Source of the DNA: a virus | Lineage: Duplodnaviria > Caudoviricetes | IMG/VR virus record: IMGVR_UViG_3300033122_000343 | Length of the DNA stretch: 64,000 nucleotides | Reading direction: 5' to 3' (one strand) | Shown: in pieces, positions 20,887-32,900 of the stretch | Layout: the number at the start of each line of letters is the position of its first letter | Numbering within the stretch: the stretch's first letter is position 1 | Translations under genes and position numbers: made by a program | Notes under the pieces: model-generated | What the model was told of the DNA's origin: nothing | What the model saw: the letters and a program-made list of their open reading frames with translations, nothing else | Database searches by the model: none

Positions 20887-23325
20887 TCATGCAAGAGCTA
20901 TTGTTCTAAAATCTTTTATTAAAGGCACCGTTGCTTGATTTGTAGAAGTTAATTCAACCTTTATTTGAAAAGCACTAAACTGAGGTAGATTATCAGCAGT
21001 GAATGTATGATCTATAAAATTAGTACCTATACTTGATGGTTTTTCAGTATCTGATGAACCATCATTATTTTTAGGATCAATAATATTATCATTTACATCA
21101 AGGTTATTAAAACCAGGCATTAAGGAAAATATTTTATTTGTTTGTGAACCATCAACTCTTTTCAATCTATATAAAACTCTCACATCAGCAGAAGGAGGTT
21201 TAAATATACCCATTATTACTTTAAGTGAAGTTGCTGGACTTTCAAGATTTATTATTTTTGTTAAGTAATTAAAATTATGAGGGTCTTCTTCTAATAAATT
21301 AGGTCTACTATCTGTTCTATAATCTGAAATAGGGGCATTTATTCTTCTTGTAGTTGCAGTTAAATTACTATTAAATACATCAACAACTGGAGATACATTA
21401 CCATTATCAGTTTCAAGAGTAAATTCTAATGTAAATGATTTAGCACCAGGTAATTCTGCCAACTTTGAATCTTCATTTACTTTAGATGCAATCATCCTTG
21501 GTGTTTCAAATAGTGTATCATTGTTCAAAGATATAAGTTCAAAACCTTTATCAACAAAAGATGGTTCATTACCATTAATACTGCTGGCAGACGTTGTTCT
21601 TACTTTTGTTTCTATAAATGTATCTTCAAAATTAGTTGTTTGTACATTAGGAGTTATTGATTCAAACATAATGTTTTGAGATGCTTTTACCTCACTACCA
21701 CCGACAATTTCATCTTCTGTAAAATACTTGTTTCCAGTAATTTTAAGAAAATATTGATCTAATGTAATTTTATCAGATATATTATTAGTAACATTAGCAA
21801 AATTATGAGTGGTGTTAATTTTTCTGAGAGAAACACCAGCAATTTCATATTTTGATATAGGAGTATCGGCATCATAAGTTCTTGGTATAGAAAAATCTAC
21901 ACCCCTTGTGTTTATACCAGTAAGAGTATTTTCACCAACACCTGTATATGATATTATTTCTTCACCAATCAAAGCAAGACCAGGATTAGTTGTTGTTACT
22001 TGTGATCCTTCAAAGAAATTAAAATTAATAGAACTACCAACACTAATATTTTCAAAAGAACTTGCTGCAAATCCGACAGTTATTTTTGTTGAAACTTTAT
22101 CACCAGTAGCACCATTTATTTCAACAGTATTATTACTCTGATGCATACCATGATTATTATGCAATACTCTAAAATGAAGTCCATCATTTTGATCTGTATT
22201 TACATTATATGATTTTGGAATTAAATGAGAAGTTGTAACTCCGTAACCTAATGATGAATCAAAATACTGTATGGGATTAGTTAAATCAAAATCTTCTCCA
22301 CTGATATTTGTCAAACTAAAACTATTCACAGAAGTCACTAGTCCTACAGTCAATAAAAGATCTCTTCCTAATGTATTGTCACCAAGAGTTGCTGTGAGTG
22401 TGTCTCCAACTGAGTAAGCAGTGCCAGTTCCCACAACTGCAATACTATCAATAGTTCCCCCTGAAACAGTTACAATTCCAGTTGCACCAAACCCATCCCC
22501 TGTTAGTGTTGTAAAATTGACTGATTCAAAAGTTCCATTTGAGTATCCTATTCCTGCATTTGTTATATTAAGACCTTGATGATCACCACTTAAAGCACCA
22601 TTTAATGATTCAATAAAACCACTTGCAGTAGTGTTATTCTGTAAAACTTTTCCACCAATAATATATTTGTCAGTATAATCTGTAATAGCAGAAGTTAATC
22701 CTATATTTGCTTTTCGAGAGAATACTTCAATTGGATTAGGAATTAATTGATTTCTATCTGCAAAAGTATTAAGTTGTGCGTTGTACATCCTAAATGATGC
22801 AGGGCCTGGTGAAAATTGTGCTTTCCTTGCAGTAAATTTTATATCATCAGTTTGAGTAGGAGTGTATGTTGAAGCATTTTGCGATTTAAATAATGTGCCT
22901 AGTGTAGGTTGTTTATCTATTATGATATTTGCAGTATCAGCAGACATTGCTGTAGATACCTCAACATCACCTACACGAGAAATCCATATATTATATTCAT
23001 CAGTATCTGTTATTAAAATATAAACATATTCACCTTGCTGTAAATAAACAGGACTATCAAATGTAAATGTGGATGGTAGTGTTCCATCTATTGAAATTTC
23101 TATATTATTTGGTTCTAATGTAGTGCTTCCAAGAACAATATCAGTAGGCACACCATTCTCCATTGTTCTTATCTGCAACTCTACAGGTAATTTTTTACTT
23201 TTAGTTAAAAAATAAAAATCAACAGAAGTAATAAAGCAGCCTGGAGTATCATACACAAAGAATGATTGACCTAATGCGTCTTTTCTTGAATTCGTTTTAC
23301 CAGTGCTGCTTGTTTCTCTTCTCAT
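20887..23325 (-). CDS. VrlC/DUF4815-like virion protein, C-terminal part
   Basis: DALGQSFFV..FITSVDFYF..QIRTMENGVP..FKSQNASTY..F/SAFQIKV..PLIKDFRTIALA. Confidence 0.85.
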   Translation of the reverse strand: MRRETSSTGKTNSRKDALGQSFFVYDTPGCFITSVDFYFLTKSKKLPVELQIRTMENGVPTDIVLGSTTLEPNNIEISIDGTLPSTFTFDSPVYLQQGEYVYILITDTDEYNIWISRVGDVEVSTAMSADTANIIIDKQPTLGTLFKSQNASTYTPTQTDDIKFTARKAQFSPGPASFRMYNAQLNTFADRNQLIPNPIEVFSRKANIGLTSAITDYTDKYIIGGKVLQNNTTASGFIESLNGALSGDHQGLNITNAGIGYSNGTFESVNFTTLTGDGFGATGIVTVSGGTIDSIAVVGTGTAYSVGDTLTATLGDNTLGRDLLLTVGLVTSVNSFSLTNISGEDFDLTNPIQYFDSSLGYGVTTSHLIPKSYNVNTDQNDGLHFRVLHNNHGMHQSNNTVEINGATGDKVSTKITVGFAASSFENISVGSSINFNFFEGSQVTTTNPGLALIGEEIISYTGVGENTLTGINTRGVDFSIPRTYDADTPISKYEIAGVSLRKINTTHNFANVTNNISDKITLDQYFLKITGNKYFTEDEIVGGSEVKASQNIMFESITPNVQTTNFEDTFIETKVRTTSASSINGNEPSFVDKGFELISLNNDTLFETPRMIASKVNEDSKLAELPGAKSFTLEFTLETDNGNVSPVVDVFNSNLTATTRRINAPISDYRTDSRPNLLEEDPHNFNYLTKIINLESPATSLKVIMGIFKPPSADVRVLYRLKRVDGSQTNKIFSLMPGFNNLDVNDNIIDPKNNDGSSDTEKPSSIGTNFIDHTFTADNLPQFSAFQIKVELTSTNQATVPLIKDFRTIALA

Positions 23326-23342
23326 TTTTTTTATAGTTATTT

Positions 23343-23376
23343 AGAGACTAATTGGGGGTTTAATCAATTAGTCTCT
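23343..23376 (-). other. Perfect 12-bp stem-loop containing the stop codon of the 1663-aa ORF
   Basis: Minus strand AGAGACTAATTG-ATTAAACCCC-CAATTAGTCTCT. Confidence 0.85.
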
Positions 23377-26300
23377 GTTCCTACTCCTTCTTGAACCACT
23401 AGACCTAGACCTTGAGGATCTGCGATTTTCCCTACTTCTTCTTTGCCTTTCACGGTATCTTCTTCTTCTTTCTTCCCTTCTTCTATTAGAAGGTCTTGGT
23501 CTCGCAGGTACGGGTTTTGGTTTTGGTTTTGGTGTAACTGGAGTTGGAGGTGTAGGTTTAGGAGTTGGTGGAATTGGAGATGGTTTTGGTCTTGGTGCTG
23601 GTTGTATAATAGTCTCAGTGACTTTCCTAATTTTAGTAATATTAATTATTACTATTGGTGGTGGTGGTTCAGGTATTGGTGGTGGTGGTGGAAGTGTTTT
23701 TCTCTCAATGATAGTTGTTGTAACTATAGATCCCTTAGACAAGAAGTTTGAAATTGCTGAACTTGGTGATGGAGACAACACTTCATCAATAGATCCAACT
23801 GCTTCTAAAGTAGATGATACTGTTACTTGATTTGTTCCATTAGAGAAACTAAGGAATTTATCATTAGGTATAAAAATACTTCCCGATACTGTGCCTTTAT
23901 CATCAGTTATTAATCTTATATTTTTTACTGTGGCTTGTGCTCCACTCGTTTCTCCAACTAATTTCATCCCTACTTCAACAAAACCACTGTATCTTTCATC
24001 GGCTTTGCTATTCAGACTATTAATATCAACATTAAGAATTTCAGTTGTATCACTGTAGGATGAAGATAATCCAACATTTGGATTGTATGGGTTTACTGAA
24101 TAAAATGCAGTAGGATTTAGATATGGTCCGTCTTTATGATTTGGTGTTGCTAATCTAAACCTTATTCTTTTTCTTCTTTGATGAGTGTTTATTGAAGTAA
24201 CAACTCTTTTATTACCTTGACTAAAAGTATTACAGGGAGTAACTATATTATTTAAAACCAAACCTGAGACAGTCTCACCCGCTATAAATGAACCTGAGAT
24301 AGGTGTGACTTCAAGTAATTTGGGTGTAGTAAGTTTTCTTCTCTCTGACATGTCAACTCTAGAGAAGAATGTAAAGAATTTTGTACTTGGTTTTAATCTC
24401 GTACCAGTAAATGATATATTCTGACTCCTCATGTTGGGTATAGCAGAAGTAGAACGTCTTGTTAAATTTGCACCTGTAGTTGAGTAACCACCATCTTCTC
24501 TAGTCACCCTCTGTTGAGTAAATGTATCTGATGTAGGATTTAATTTCAAAATTCCTTTGTAAGCAATAACATTAAATGGATTTAAATTAATAGTTCTGCT
24601 TGCAAATGTATTTTTTGCATGTTCAACTTCTTGATACTTCAACATTACAAGATTATCTTTTTTAGTGATATCATCCGATCCTAAATCTGTTACATAACGA
24701 GGATCTACACTTAAATCAGCTGCACCTCCTATTCCTATAAGTGCATTGGATCCTATTAAAAGATCAATACTATCAAAATTTCTCTTAGGTCCTAATACTG
24801 AACCAGCTTCAGTATTGTATAAGTCATTGTTAATTTCTATACCACTATCATCTTGTACTTCAAAAGTTGTAAAATTATCAACTACAAATCCTGATTTGAA
24901 TCTATCAAGACCTGTAGATGGATCTTGCATAACAAGTGATTCTGTTTTATTTTCAAGTAATGTAAGTGACGTAAATTCTTCTAAATTTTCAATACGATTT
25001 TCTAAAATACCAATGTCTGACATCGTGTATCTTTTATTAGATCTATCAACAATTGTAATGTCAGTATTTACATCATACACATATGGTTGATACGTAATTT
25101 CTGCTAATTCAAACTGATTTTCAGGTGCCTCTGGTCTTACAGGTTTTCTTCTAGGTGTTCCTGTTGTAAATGTAAATTCTCCATCTTGATTTAAAAATAA
25201 TCTATCAATTCTACCAACATAATAACTATAGTCAAAAACAATATTTTCATCTGTGACTAAGACATTAGGGACAGATTGACCAGACCCCCCAAAATTTCTT
25301 GATGACCATTCAAATGGTGATAATGAACCAGAATAATCTGCTACTCTTGGTCTAAAATCTACAACATCGCTATTCCTTATATTATCAAAACTTAAAAGTT
25401 TATCATACAATGTTCGATCATAACTATTGGCAGTTATTAATTCTCCAGTATCCAAAGAATTAATTATAAATTTGTCAAAATATATTTTTAATTTTTTAGA
25501 TGGTGTTGCTGTTTTTTCTCTTCTTATTAATCTAGAAAAATCATAAAATTCATCTCTTTGACCATTATCAACATAAAATGAATCTCTAATATCTTTATCA
25601 CCAGCAGAAATACTACTAATAATTGCAGTAACTCCACTCTCAACAAAAGTTACTTCTTCATTTAATATAAATTCATGTTCATTTTTAATAAGATATAATA
25701 CGTTAGTTGTTCCAGATTTTTCAAGTACAAGTCCAGCAGAACCAGATACGCTTCCAATAAAAATTTCACCTACTAATACATCCGAAACATTATTATTAGG
25801 ACCACTAAAAGTATTAAGTGTAATCGTAGGAATTGTTGGATCAGTAGATGATGAAGATTCAAATACTGCATGTACCTCTAATACATCAGGAACATTAAGT
25901 GATATTTCTTTATCTTGAACTCTTAAACCATATATTTTTGAAAAAGTTAAACCATCTTGTATTGATGTCGATACACCTGAATATGTAAGATTTGATTTAT
26001 CTACAACTAAAGATGAGCATCTTTTTAGTACTTTATTTTTTGACTGTACTTTTGATTTTTGCTGTGTAGTTATTACAACTATATTGTTTTTTGACGCATC
26101 TAAACCACTGATTGTTACTCCCTTACCACCGTTTGTAAGTGCAAATTGATCAGAAGTTAAATTTTCAATAGTGCCATCTTCATAAAATATAGAATATCTC
26201 TCAACGTCAAATCCAGCATATACAAATTCTGTGCCACTTAATGAGTCTAAATCTAACACACCTAATGTATTTGTTGTTTTACCTCTTTGTTCTTTTTTTA

Positions 26301-28359
26301 CGAATATATCTGATATAGTTAAATCAACTGATTCTATATTTTTATCAGGTAATGGTGCATATAAAAAACCACTATTTGAGTTTTTTACTATTGTAGATAA
26401 AACATTTAAACCTGAAATATTAAGTTCAAGTGGTATTGGTAAATTTCCTTTAGCAACGCCAACAACATCTGCAACTGCTTCTAAGGTCATACTTTGAGCA
26501 GTTGGACTAACAGTTTTTACTTTATTGTATACTAATCCCTGAGAAGAACCATATGATACAATATCACCAGTTTTTATACCAGAAGTCCATCCACCACCTG
26601 TGCTTGTGATTGTTGATATTGCAGGAGAACCAGAACCAGGTGTAATGTTAAATGATTGACCACCAAAATTTATTTGATTTTTTAAAAGTGTATCAGCACT
26701 AAATGTTTGAACTCCAACTTCTTGTCTTATAGATTTAATATCACGGATACTAAACTCAGTAATTTTTGTTATTATTCTCCCATTACTGATACCATCTACA
26801 CTTATTTGCTCGTCAACAGTAAAATCTCCAGATGTTTGATGTAATGTAAGTATTTTTCCACTTACACTTCTCAAAAATCCTCTCGCTCCAGATCTTTTAC
26901 CTTGAATTAATGCTGGTGCTGAAACTGATAATGTTTCATTTAATGTTATCTCAGTATCCGTCTCTACATCAAATAAGAATAGATCAAAAACCGAAGCAGC
27001 ATTTGAGTATGCAGAGTCAGTTAATTTAAAATCATATACTCTTGCTCTACCTATCGATTGTCCTGCTGGTTCGTCACGATCAGTGCCCAATCTATCACTA
27101 CGAAGATCTACATAACCTGTAGTGGCAACACCTACACTTGCCCCTCCATATACATTATTAACTTGAAATCTATTTCCTGCTTGAAATGGAATACTTTGAC
27201 TGAGAACAGTTTCAGTAGTTCTTGGTTTTGGAGCATCAAGAAATTTAGTAACTTTTGTGTCAATTTCAAATCCTTGTACAAAAGCAGAACCTGATTTTAC
27301 AGAGAAACATAAAAGACCATAATCTGGATTATTACCAAAATCAGTTGGTTCATTTGCAAAATATACACCGAATTGTGAATGTCTATCATTTAATGATTCC
27401 CTTGGTTCAATTACAAATTTTCTTACATAATAATTTCCACTTTCTTTAAAAGTTCTTCTTGCTAATTCATCTGCAAAAACATTATATTGTGTTTGTGTAT
27501 TAATTTCCTCTATAAAACCTTCATCAAATCTAACTAGTTCAATAAAATTTTCATCTGTATTGCTAGTAGGATCTTTTTTTGCAAGTTGAAGAGATATCTT
27601 TAATCTATCAGCACCTGGTGCAGAATAATTTGAAGAACCAGTAGCATTATCATATAATGATGAATCGTTAACTGATGTGACTATTTCTTCTTTAACAATA
27701 AAACCAATCTTATAAGATGGTTCATTTGAATATTGATCTAATAAAATAGTTTGATTTTCAACAGCAACAAAATAACCTCTTACATAATAAACTCCTTCTG
27801 CAACTGAAACAGATGATCCTGTTCTTATACAATCCTCACTTATAGTTGTAGCAAAATCGGAACCTGCTTCAATAGTAGTATTTCCATATTCAATATTTGA
27901 TAAAACAATTAAATTTTCACTGTCTAAAAATTGTGTTTCTGTAAAATCTATAGTATCTGATTGTTGATACTTAATATAAAGAGTTGTTTTATTTTCAAAA
28001 GAATCTTCAGCCGCTAAAACTTTTTTAACAACTGCAGTTATTCCTGATTCTGCACCCTGTATTTCTAATCCAACTAATTTATCATAGTATAATTCTACAG
28101 GAACTCCGAAAAATCTTGGTTCTATAAGTACACAAAAATACTCATTATCATAAGAAACACCACCAGGTATTACAACTGATCCATCTCTGAAAAAGTGTTC
28201 TCCAAACTTTGATACCTGATCCTGTAATATTGATTGTAAAGTTGTAAGTTCTCTTGCTTGAACAGGAGTTCCAGGTTTAAACAAAACTTTGCTAAAATTC
28301 TTAGATGGTGTAAAATCATCAAAGTAAGGATTAACATTTAAATTTGTGTTTAATGACAT
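23368..28359 (-). CDS. VrlC/DUF4815-like virion protein, N-terminal part, ending in Pro-rich and Arg/Ser-rich tails
   Basis: NLNVNPYFDDF..VLFKPG.PVQARELTTLQSILQDQ; APGADRLKI; LARRTF.ESGNY; DRFKSGFVVDNF. Confidence 0.88.
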   Translation of the reverse strand: MSLNTNLNVNPYFDDFTPSKNFSKVLFKPGTPVQARELTTLQSILQDQVSKFGEHFFRDGSVVIPGGVSYDNEYFCVLIEPRFFGVPVELYYDKLVGLEIQGAESGITAVVKKVLAAEDSFENKTTLYIKYQQSDTIDFTETQFLDSENLIVLSNIEYGNTTIEAGSDFATTISEDCIRTGSSVSVAEGVYYVRGYFVAVENQTILLDQYSNEPSYKIGFIVKEEIVTSVNDSSLYDNATGSSNYSAPGADRLKISLQLAKKDPTSNTDENFIELVRFDEGFIEEINTQTQYNVFADELARRTFKESGNYYVRKFVIEPRESLNDRHSQFGVYFANEPTDFGNNPDYGLLCFSVKSGSAFVQGFEIDTKVTKFLDAPKPRTTETVLSQSIPFQAGNRFQVNNVYGGASVGVATTGYVDLRSDRLGTDRDEPAGQSIGRARVYDFKLTDSAYSNAASVFDLFLFDVETDTEITLNETLSVSAPALIQGKRSGARGFLRSVSGKILTLHQTSGDFTVDEQISVDGISNGRIITKITEFSIRDIKSIRQEVGVQTFSADTLLKNQINFGGQSFNITPGSGSPAISTITSTGGGWTSGIKTGDIVSYGSSQGLVYNKVKTVSPTAQSMTLEAVADVVGVAKGNLPIPLELNISGLNVLSTIVKNSNSGFLYAPLPDKNIESVDLTISDIFVKKEQRGKTTNTLGVLDLDSLSGTEFVYAGFDVERYSIFYEDGTIENLTSDQFALTNGGKGVTISGLDASKNNIVVITTQQKSKVQSKNKVLKRCSSLVVDKSNLTYSGVSTSIQDGLTFSKIYGLRVQDKEISLNVPDVLEVHAVFESSSSTDPTIPTITLNTFSGPNNNVSDVLVGEIFIGSVSGSAGLVLEKSGTTNVLYLIKNEHEFILNEEVTFVESGVTAIISSISAGDKDIRDSFYVDNGQRDEFYDFSRLIRREKTATPSKKLKIYFDKFIINSLDTGELITANSYDRTLYDKLLSFDNIRNSDVVDFRPRVADYSGSLSPFEWSSRNFGGSGQSVPNVLVTDENIVFDYSYYVGRIDRLFLNQDGEFTFTTGTPRRKPVRPEAPENQFELAEITYQPYVYDVNTDITIVDRSNKRYTMSDIGILENRIENLEEFTSLTLLENKTESLVMQDPSTGLDRFKSGFVVDNFTTFEVQDDSGIEINNDLYNTEAGSVLGPKRNFDSIDLLIGSNALIGIGGAADLSVDPRYVTDLGSDDITKKDNLVMLKYQEVEHAKNTFASRTINLNPFNVIAYKGILKLNPTSDTFTQQRVTREDGGYSTTGANLTRRSTSAIPNMRSQNISFTGTRLKPSTKFFTFFSRVDMSERRKLTTPKLLEVTPISGSFIAGETVSGLVLNNIVTPCNTFSQGNKRVVTSINTHQRRKRIRFRLATPNHKDGPYLNPTAFYSVNPYNPNVGLSSSYSDTTEILNVDINSLNSKADERYSGFVEVGMKLVGETSGAQATVKNIRLITDDKGTVSGSIFIPNDKFLSFSNGTNQVTVSSTLEAVGSIDEVLSPSPSSAISNFLSKGSIVTTTIIERKTLPPPPPIPEPPPPIVIINITKIRKVTETIIQPAPRPKPSPIPPTPKPTPPTPVTPKPKPKPVPARPRPSNRRREERRRRYRERQRRSRENRRSSRSRSSGSRRSRNRD

Positions 28360-28362
28360 GTT

Positions 28363-29901
28363 TTAAAACTCTACAATAATTTTTATATCTTCTCTTTGAT
28401 TTAAAGCTCTCGTAACTTCTGGGCGATTATCAATGTAAATAATTTCTCCTGAGTATTTTTTAATTTCTGGGTTTGCAAGACCTTTTGTTAGTTGTTGACC
28501 AAAATAATATGTTTGAGAATTTATGGTCGTAGACAAACCAGTAAAACTAGTATCAATTTCAACTGTTTCAGTTCCTGAAGTAGTTGTTACGATAATATTG
28601 GTCGATCCACCTATATTAGGTTCGCTCGTAAATCTATTTAGACGGTATCCAAAGGTTGGTTTATCTCCAACAGAATTATTTGTTGATACACTTCTATCTT
28701 GCCAATATCTCATAAATTTTGATATTGGATCATAAGATATAATTTTTCCTACAGCAGTTGATCCTACACCTATAACTTGAGTTATATCACCATTTACTTG
28801 AACATTCATAGTAGTGGTCGCTGCACCAGTTAATCGCAGTCCGTACACTCCTGAAGCAGAAGATGATGTAAGTAAATTTGTTGTGTCATTTATTAGAGGA
28901 TTTTTTATAATACCAATACGAGCAAACTGATTTCCTATAGGAAAATCAGGGTTTGTTACATCACTATTTTCAATTCTTGAATAAATTAAAACTTTATTTG
29001 CACCTAATTCCTGATATACATCAGCACCATGTCCTCCCTGTGGTGGTATTATCACAGAAAATTCTGCACCAGATCCTGTCACAACTGAATCTAAATCAAG
29101 AGTACCGAATGTATAATTTGATCCTCCGTTAGTAACCTGAACATCAGTTGGTTTACCGTTTAAAAATGTGACTGATGCTTCTCCGTCATACCCATCACCT
29201 CTTATAGGAACATTATTTTTTGTACCATTGAATTGGTATGAAGCAGTTGCAGTATCTTCTATTACTATAACTTCAATTTTTCCATTTACAGCTACACTCC
29301 TTACATCAGAATTATTATCAGATGTTAGATAGTCATTGGGAATTGAAATATAATCTTCCGTATCAAATTTTATAATATCACTTGGTTTTATCGTATATAA
29401 GTATTTCCAAATATATCCATCTGATTCAAGACGTGGTTGTAAATCAGTATGTGTAGGTTCCTCTAAAGATGGAATACCTTTATTATTATTTGTAGGGTTA
29501 GTACCGTTAAATATACAGACATAAACTCTAAAATCAGAATTTAAAACATAAAAATTTGCATTATATAAACTTGGTGAATTTGTTTGAGGACTTAAATTGT
29601 TAATATTATAATCATGACGATACATTTCAAAAATTGTACCTGATGACCATGATATTTTTTTTATAACCCTTACTACGTCTGTATCATTTATTTTTTTTGC
29701 TGATATTAAAGTATCGTAAATGTCGTTATAATTATCAAAATTATCTATAGGATCTGGTGTATTAGTGTTCCAGTCAGATGCAATATCAGTTGCATTTGGC
29801 AAACCAATAAATGAATAATAACTATTTGTGCTTGTAGAAACACCCGCTAAAAAATTAGACGCACTTAGAACTCTTAATTGATCAGTTATGATCGCTGGCA
29901 T
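28363..29901 (-). CDS. g8: Baseplate wedge protein gp8
   Basis: MPAIITDQLR, DGYIWKYLYTI, GHGADVYQELG, YSGEIIYIDNR..QREDIKIIVEF. Confidence 0.9.
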   Translation of the reverse strand: MPAIITDQLRVLSASNFLAGVSTSTNSYYSFIGLPNATDIASDWNTNTPDPIDNFDNYNDIYDTLISAKKINDTDVVRVIKKISWSSGTIFEMYRHDYNINNLSPQTNSPSLYNANFYVLNSDFRVYVCIFNGTNPTNNNKGIPSLEEPTHTDLQPRLESDGYIWKYLYTIKPSDIIKFDTEDYISIPNDYLTSDNNSDVRSVAVNGKIEVIVIEDTATASYQFNGTKNNVPIRGDGYDGEASVTFLNGKPTDVQVTNGGSNYTFGTLDLDSVVTGSGAEFSVIIPPQGGHGADVYQELGANKVLIYSRIENSDVTNPDFPIGNQFARIGIIKNPLINDTTNLLTSSSASGVYGLRLTGAATTTMNVQVNGDITQVIGVGSTAVGKIISYDPISKFMRYWQDRSVSTNNSVGDKPTFGYRLNRFTSEPNIGGSTNIIVTTTSGTETVEIDTSFTGLSTTINSQTYYFGQQLTKGLANPEIKKYSGEIIYIDNRPEVTRALNQREDIKIIVEF

Positions 29902-29924
29902 TACTTTCCGACTTTTTCATTTAT

Positions 29925-32900
29925 TTATGTGTAATCCAAGAGAAGTTTTTCTACTCTTTGAATTGTGGGAGCAGTTGAAAGACCTACTAGACCATTAAAT
30001 GTGTGAGCAGTAAATGCTAATCCTGATGCACCACCAGTAAATTTTGCCCAACTAAATGATCCGTAATTGTCATTAAATCCAGAACCAAGTCCCGCAGTAT
30101 TTAGATTGTGAGGACTTTGAACTTCAACAAATACTCTGACAGACTGACCTGAACCCACATTGTCATGATGTCTGACTTGATAAAGAGTATCTAAATTAGT
30201 TGATGTAAATCCAAGTGTTGAAACACCAGTATTAATCATGGACGTTACTCCTCCACCTATGTTTGAACGTGAAACTAAGAAATAATCGCCTGTTGATATT
30301 CCTGATTTAGTAACTCCTCCGAATGAGTTTTCTCTTAAAACTGAATTTGAAGGAATGTAAAAATTAAATTGAAATCCTTTAGCAGTTGTGCCAATACCAA
30401 TAATTGTCCCTTCATCACCCTCGACTGAAACTGAATCTATAATTTGAACAGGATTAGTGGTTGTAGTAGTGCCATATCCAGAGTTATTTTTTTGATCATC
30501 AACAATTCTAATTCCAAATGATTGATCTTCATCAACTTTAGTAAATCCAAGACTACTTCCACGAGCATAAAAAGAAACATCACCAACTCCTATACTTTTT
30601 ATTAATTGAGTTGCAGGTTGTATTCTAGAAGCGTAAAGATCTCTACCTTTTCCTATCTTATTACCCTCAACAAATTTATCTTCCTGTTGTTTAGTCCATG
30701 TTACAGGTCTTAAAGGTGATGTTTGTGCTGATATTCCCTTTTTAGTATATAAAGTAGTTCTTAATGTATCTCTTCTTTGTATTCCAAGAACCACTCTTGC
30801 TTCTTGATTTGTTGGTATAATTTGCTTACGATTTTTTTCGATAGTTATAGCATCACCTTTTTTTATAGTTTGTAAAGCAGTTGTTGTACTAACATCATCA
30901 TCGGTGCCTCGGTAAAATAAAACTTGCAAAGATGATCCAAAAACTGGTGCTTCAGTAAATTCTATTCGTGTACCACCATCAAAAACATACGATTTACCAG
31001 GTTGCTGAAGTACATCATTTATAAAAATAAGAAGAACATCTTTGACACTTATTAAAGATCCAGTTTTATGTTCTATACTTACGGGGATACGATTTTCGGT
31101 TAATGTAAATATTTTTTTACGACCATCAAATTCATTTGAAAAATCATCAAGAACTTGGAATTTTCCTAAAACCCACCCATTGAAGGTATCATCAGCAGTT
31201 TTTTCAACAGTAAATATGGCGTTTTTAAATGATGATCCTATAGAGGTCACGGTAGGAATACCTGTAAGAACTAATTCTTCACCTACTGTGAATCCATATC
31301 CTATATTTGTTAAATTATAAGAAGTTATACTCAACCCAAAACCAATCTCTACTGATACGGACGCTCCCACTCCAGTGCTTGAACTTAAAAGAATTTTATC
31401 ATCATAGGGAACGGGATCATCAAAAATGACTTGTGGGGGATCGGTAAATGTATAACCTACGCCAGGTGTATTGATAAAAATATTTTGAATGAATCCGTTT
31501 GCAACTGTAAATGTTCCAGCAGCACCAGTTGTTGAACTTCCTTTTTCAATATTTAGTCTGTAAGTTGTATTTGGATTTGTATAACCTCCTCCAGAAAATC
31601 CCATTGCAACAGTTATTGTTCCAAAACCAGATACAATTGCTGTACCGACACCAGTTTCTCTTTTTTGATATCCAAATCCTTCTGAATTTCCTAATGATAC
31701 AATTAATCCTTTTCTTGGAAGTTTATTTGCATTAACATCTTTTATATCAATAACATCACTATTATTACCAGTAAATGAAATAGAGGTAATACCAGTTGAT
31801 GTTCCACCAATAAATTTATAATCAGTCTCTGGTTTTTGGAAAATATTATTAATAAGTATTACACCAAAATCAGAAGTAATACCAGTGGTATTTACACCAG
31901 AACTTTTGATTGTAAATGTTTTTGCTATTCCAGTAAAGTTTTGAGAAAGATCGTCAATTAAAATGTTGCCAGTATAATCACTTCTAGTAAAAACTCTACC
32001 TTGAAAAGAACTTCCTGAAGTATCAACAAAAAGTAATTTATGAGTACCAATACCAGAGGATGTTAATGTAATTGCAACACCAACTAAAGAATCTGTTTTA
32101 TTTTCTGCAAAAGAAAAATTATTGGTTCCATTCTTTATGAGAAAATAATTTCTATTGGAATCTAATGGAGTTGGTGGATTTAAAGATTTAAATCTTATTT
32201 CTGTGCCTGTTTCAAACTTGTCTGTAGGAGTTGAGAAACTATTAGTTGAAACATTCACCGCACCAGATTGTACACCAACTGTTATTTTCTGACCCCCAAA
32301 AGGTGATTCTTTAAAATTTAATTGATCACCTATAATATTATAATCACCCACCATTAATTGAATAGTATCACCTGCTCCGTGATTTTCTTTGTTTGTTCCC
32401 ATCCATTCTCTATCTACTAAAGCATCATTTGTGACACCGTTATATCCAATAACTTGTATTTTTAAAATCTCATCATTTATTTTAATAATATCATTAGCGT
32501 TAAATCCTCCAATATCGTGAAAACGTACCACGTTATTAAGAACTCGAACAACAGTGGTTGCAGCACCTACTCTTTCTACGATAGGAGATTGTATTATATT
32601 ATCAATGGCAATTATTGCTTTTGTATTTGTTTTTCTTGCTGTCAACGTATGAGTCACACCTATTCCAACAGTTGTTAAACCTATGACAATACCATCTTTT
32701 GCATTTTGAAAATTTGCAGCAAGAGAAATTTTATTCTCTGAAACTTTTACAGCATAAACTGATCGAGGTAATGTAGTTGCACCTCCAACACCAGAACTAT
32801 TGTGATCAATTCCTATTGCTTCACCAAAAGTAAAATAATCTAATTGTTCCCCTGTTCTAAAAAAATGATTAGATAATGTGATTGTATTTGCGGTCAATCC

